From assembly GCA_036149055.1 (NCBI GenBank), contig JAYZQJ010000258.1, positions 1-40,323 on the forward strand: a stretch of DNA of 40,323 nt, given 5' to 3'. The translations under genes were made by a program, and so were the position numbers. This document shows, one piece after another, positions 37,091-40,323 of this stretch. The stretch is from Myxococcota bacterium (GTDB lineage Bacteria; Myxococcota_A; Polyangia; Polyangiales; Sandaracinaceae). Under the pieces are notes generated by a model that searched no databases, had not been told where the DNA came from, and saw nothing but the letters and a program-made list of their open reading frames with translations. The number at the start of each line of letters is the position of its first letter. Within the stretch, counting starts at the first letter, position 1.

Positions 37091-38818
37091 TCACCGCGCC
37101 GCGAAGTACGTATCGGCTTCCGTGTGCGGCACCCCGAGCCGCCCGGCGAGCGTGCGGTCCGCGGCCGACGTACCCACCCAGAGCGAGCGCGCCGGGTCGA
37201 GGCCGTGGGCCAGGATCGCGGCTACCCCCAGCCCCGGCAGCGGCTTGCGACACCAGCAGATCGGGGGGCCGGCCGCGTGCCGACAGAGGCGCACGTCGAC
37301 CGGGCGCTCGAGCGCCTCCTCGAGCGAGCGCGCCCGCGCCTCCACGCTCGCCGCGGAGGCCTTCGGTGCCCAGCCGGTCGCGACCAGCAGCCGCGGCTCG
37401 GCCCGGAGCGTGGCCGCGCGTGCTTCGTCGAGGATCGCCGCGTCGCCGTCGAAGCGCGCGAAGGCGTCGAGCGAGACGAGCACCGCCGGCTCGTCGCCGC
37501 CGAACGGCCGCCGCGCGAAGGGGATCCGCTCGAGCGCGGAGAAGCCCTCGTCCTCGCTGGGCGGCTCGAGCGCGTCGCGGAAGCGGAGCTGCACCCGTGG
37601 ATCGAAGAGGTTGGGGTCCTCCTTGCCGGCGCGCTTCATCTCGTCGGGCTCGAGCAGCCGCCCGCGGCGCGCGATCATGCGGAGGCACGCGTTGATCTGC
37701 GCCTCCTCGAGCGGGGTGTCGACGAAGACGCAGCGCACCGGCAGCCCGTGGCGCCAGGCGATCTCGATCACCTGATCCCGGAGCGCGCGGGTGCCGTAGG
37801 TGTTGTCGAGCACCACGCGCCGCGCGCCCTCCCCGAGCCGCTCGTCGAGCCGGCGGTGGAGCTTCTTCAGGGTGCCGCCGACCTCGTCGCGGTTGAGGCG
37901 CAGGTAGCCGCGGCGGAGGAGCGGCTCGGCGAGGGTGCTCTTGCCGGCCCCGGGCATGCCCATCAGGAGCACGACCTCACCGTCGGTGTCGGGGGACGGC
38001 GCGACCGGGGGCTCGCGCACGCGGGCGCCGAGCGGGAAGGCCGCGTCGAGCGTGGCCCGGTCGGCCTCGGTGAGCGACGGGGTGCCCGCGAGCGCGGCCG
38101 CCGTCTCGGGCCGGGTGCAGCCGGGGAGCGGGATCGCGCCGAGCTCCTCGAGCCAGGCGAGCGCCACCGACCAGGGCGAGACGCCGTGACGCTCGGCCAC
38201 CTCCCGCAGCCCGGCGTGGCGACCGATCCGCGCGGCCCTCTTCGGCCCGCCGAACGGCGAGTGCGCGAGCAGGGTGAGGCCCTCGGCGCGGCAGAGCTGC
38301 GGCAGGCCGCTCCGCAGGCCGCTCTCCTCGAAGGGCGAGAGCGCGATCTGCACCGCGTCGACCTCGACGTGGCCCTGCGCCTCCCGGAGCTGGGCGACGC
38401 TCACGTTGCAGAGCCCGATCGACCGCACCAGGCCTTCGGCCTTCAGCTTCGCGAGCGCGCGACAGGTCGTCTTCCAGGGCGTGCGCGGGTCGGGGGCGTG
38501 CAGCTGGTAGAGATCGATCGCGTCGACGCCGAGGGCCTCGAGGGAGCCCTCGCACGCCGCGCGGATCGCCTTCGCCCGACCGTCGGGCACCCAGCGGCCG
38601 CCCGGGCGCGTCAGCCCGCCCTTCGTCGCCACCCGCGGGCGCGGCCCCGTCCAGTCGGCGAGGGCCCGCGCGATCCAGCGCTCGTTCTCGCCCGCGCCCT
38701 CGGGCCCGTAGACGTTGGCGGTGTCCAGTAGGGTGACGCCCGCCTCGAGGGCCGCGTGCACGACCGCGCGCGCCGCGGCCTCGTCCGGCAAGCGCATGCA
38801 GCCGAGGGCGCGCTCCAT
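37091..38818 (-). CDS. aldo/keto reductase fused to P-loop (polynucleotide-kinase-like) and HAD-like domains
   Basis: AKR LDTANVYG, ATKGG, DLYQLH, IGLCN; P-loop GMPGAGKST, LNRD, LDNT; HAD-IIIA-like CRH..CWCRKPLPG, SLWVG. Confidence 0.85.
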   Translation of the reverse strand: MERALGCMRLPDEAAARAVVHAALEAGVTLLDTANVYGPEGAGENERWIARALADWTGPRPRVATKGGLTRPGGRWVPDGRAKAIRAACEGSLEALGVDAIDLYQLHAPDPRTPWKTTCRALAKLKAEGLVRSIGLCNVSVAQLREAQGHVEVDAVQIALSPFEESGLRSGLPQLCRAEGLTLLAHSPFGGPKRAARIGRHAGLREVAERHGVSPWSVALAWLEELGAIPLPGCTRPETAAALAGTPSLTEADRATLDAAFPLGARVREPPVAPSPDTDGEVVLLMGMPGAGKSTLAEPLLRRGYLRLNRDEVGGTLKKLHRRLDERLGEGARRVVLDNTYGTRALRDQVIEIAWRHGLPVRCVFVDTPLEEAQINACLRMIARRGRLLEPDEMKRAGKEDPNLFDPRVQLRFRDALEPPSEDEGFSALERIPFARRPFGGDEPAVLVSLDAFARFDGDAAILDEARAATLRAEPRLLVATGWAPKASAASVEARARSLEEALERPVDVRLCRHAAGPPICWCRKPLPGLGVAAILAHGLDPARSLWVGTSAADRTLAGRLGVPHTEADTYFAAR

Positions 38819-38822
38819 CGCG

Positions 38823-39464
38823 TCAGATCGGGGTTCGGCTGCGGGCGATGGCGCGCTCGAGCGCGGCGCGATCGAAGCCGGTGATGATCTCGCCGCGGAA
38901 GTCGATCACGGGGATGCCGTTGGTCCGCACGCCGGCCGCGCGGGCCGCCTCGAGCATCGCCTGGCGCGCGCCCGGATCGCGCTCGATGTCGCGCTCGACG
39001 AACGGCACGTTGCGCTCCCGCAGGAAGCTCTCGGTCGAGCGGCACGCCGAGCACCAGGAGGCGCCGTAGACGATCACGTCCGCGTCGCCCGCCGCCTCGC
39101 CCTCGGGCGGCTCGGGGTGCGCGGCGCTCGCGAGCTCCGCCTCGAACGCCTCTCGCGTCATCGTGCGGACCGCGTACGCGCCGCCCTCCTCGGGCTCGCG
39201 GAGATCGACCACCCAGACCTGCGAGGCGTCGAGGCGCTGCTCGGGCGACAGCTCGAGGTCGTCCACCCGCACCAGCGCGCGACGCGCCTCGGGGATCTCG
39301 GCCCGGCTCGCCGCGGTGTGCTGCCCCTCCTCGTCGAACCAGACGAGCAGCAGCCCGCTCGCGTCCCCGCGCACCTCGAAGGGCGGCGCCGTGCTCCCCG
39401 CCGCCTCGCCGCCGGGATCGGTGCAGCCGAGGAGGAGGGCGCAGATCGAGAGAACCCTCAGCAT
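38823..39464 (-). CDS. glutaredoxin/NrdH-like domain lipoprotein
   Basis: Lipobox LLGC; YGASWCSAC, IPVI, GFD. Confidence 0.85.
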   Translation of the reverse strand: MLRVLSICALLLGCTDPGGEAAGSTAPPFEVRGDASGLLLVWFDEEGQHTAASRAEIPEARRALVRVDDLELSPEQRLDASQVWVVDLREPEEGGAYAVRTMTREAFEAELASAAHPEPPEGEAAGDADVIVYGASWCSACRSTESFLRERNVPFVERDIERDPGARQAMLEAARAAGVRTNGIPVIDFRGEIITGFDRAALERAIARSRTPI

Positions 39465-39489
39465 GGCGCCGATCTTATCGAACCGGCGC

Positions 39490-39933
39490 TCACTCGCCAG
39501 TGGAGCGGCGGCGCCGGTAGCGCGTCTCGAGGCTGCGGGTCAGCCGGTGACAGCGCGTGAAGAGATCGCGAGACCGCTCGATCGCCTGGTTGGAGCGCTG
39601 GATGTCCCGCTCGATGCGCTGTCGCTGGGTGATCGGGATCGCGTGCTCGTCCATGTCGGCCCGGACCAGCGCCTCCCGCGCGCCCCGGTGCAGCGACTCC
39701 GCCTCGAGGATCGTGCGGTGCGCCTCCACGCAGGCGTCCCGGGCCCGCTGGACCTCGGGCGCCGAGAGCGGGAGCGAGGCGAGCGAGTCCACCAGCCGCT
39801 CGCGCTCCTCGATCGGATCGTCGAGGTCGAGCTGCTGCACGCGATCGAGGTAGACGCGCGCGTCGTTTCGGGCGTCGTCGCCGCAGGCGCCGAGCGCCGC
39901 GCCGAGGCCGAGGATGAGGAGGAGCCGCGTCAC
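39490..39933 (-). CDS. hypothetical helical lipoprotein
   Basis: GTG 39933, MTRLLLILGLGAALGAC lipobox, helical mature region. Confidence 0.7.
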   Translation of the reverse strand: MTRLLLILGLGAALGACGDDARNDARVYLDRVQQLDLDDPIEERERLVDSLASLPLSAPEVQRARDACVEAHRTILEAESLHRGAREALVRADMDEHAIPITQRQRIERDIQRSNQAIERSRDLFTRCHRLTRSLETRYRRRRSTGE

Positions 39934-40044
39934 GCAGCCCGAGGCTACGTCAGGCCGCGCGGATGTCGAGCCGAGGGAGGTGCTCGAAGAGCTCCCGATC
40001 GGCGCCCGGCGGGCGGGCGCGAACCCGCCCCTGCCCGACGAGTC

Positions 40045-40312
40045 GAGAGGTGACAAACAATGGCGCCGGGGCACCCCCACGCGCTTCCACAACACTGACC
40101 CGAGACGACGGCAGGCGACGAGCGCAGCGAGGTCGCCGCACGCGCCACTCGAGTCGTTCGATTCCGCGGCAGCGGGCGGCCAGCTCGCGCGCAGCGCGAG
40201 CGCGAGCCGCGGGGCCCCCAGCGCCCCGTCGCTGGGGTCGCGGCGCGAGCGCGCAGCGCGAGGCGCCGGCGGAGTCGGGAGGGGGGCCCCATTGGCGCTT
40301 TGCCCAATGGGG
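40045..40312. repeat. REP-like repeat family R1, inverted copy, with terminal hairpin 40287-40312
   Basis: Reverse complement aligns with 23460-23705 (e.g. GTGGCGCGTGCGGCGACCTCGCTGCGCTCGTCGCCTGCCGTCG identical). Confidence 0.85.
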
Positions 40313-40323
40313 GGAGGGTTTGC

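Noticed and set aside
28371..38731. Long plus-strand ORFs (1502, 902, 1040 aa)
   Set aside because: Antisense or frameshifted shadows of motif-bearing genes; Arg/Gly/Ala-rich without domains.

Overview
Very GC-rich chromosomal window, most consistent with a myxobacterium (Myxococcota, probably Polyangia/Sandaracinaceae-like). This is judged from a CdnL orthologue, a myxococcal-type PilZ protein, FHA and Ser/Thr kinase genes, and Cys-rich lipoproteins. About 30 credible CDS; most other long ORFs in the track are GC-rich antisense or frameshifted shadows. In order: peptidase/propeller/Omp85 protein; FHA-DUF4388; a lipoprotein gene boxed by two ~294-bp direct repeats; a minus-strand run cdnL-rne/rng-PilZ-J-like; OmpA/MotB-like lipoprotein; histone H1-like protein; DUF72-like + NFACT/RqcH; Cys-rich lipoprotein + large TPR/HEAT protein; two zinc-ribbon/tandem-FHA paralogues flanking a Ser/Thr kinase; mscS and a stressosome operon (rsbR-S-T, kinase/PP2C fusion, hybrid kinase) with sigma54-like promoters; and a minus-strand cluster of lipoprotein, glutaredoxin, aldo-keto reductase/kinase/HAD fusion, an HtpG-like GHKL ATPase and a 1863-aa protein. 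The two best novelty candidates are (1) the HtpG-like ATPase coupled to a giant, apparently ATPase-dead Hsp90-like protein built from 6-7 tandem middle-domain-like repeats, and (2) a ~300-nt extensively base-paired RNA in the cdnL leader. No rRNA, tRNA, CRISPR array, transposase or integrase was seen. All calls are by eye, with no database searches.
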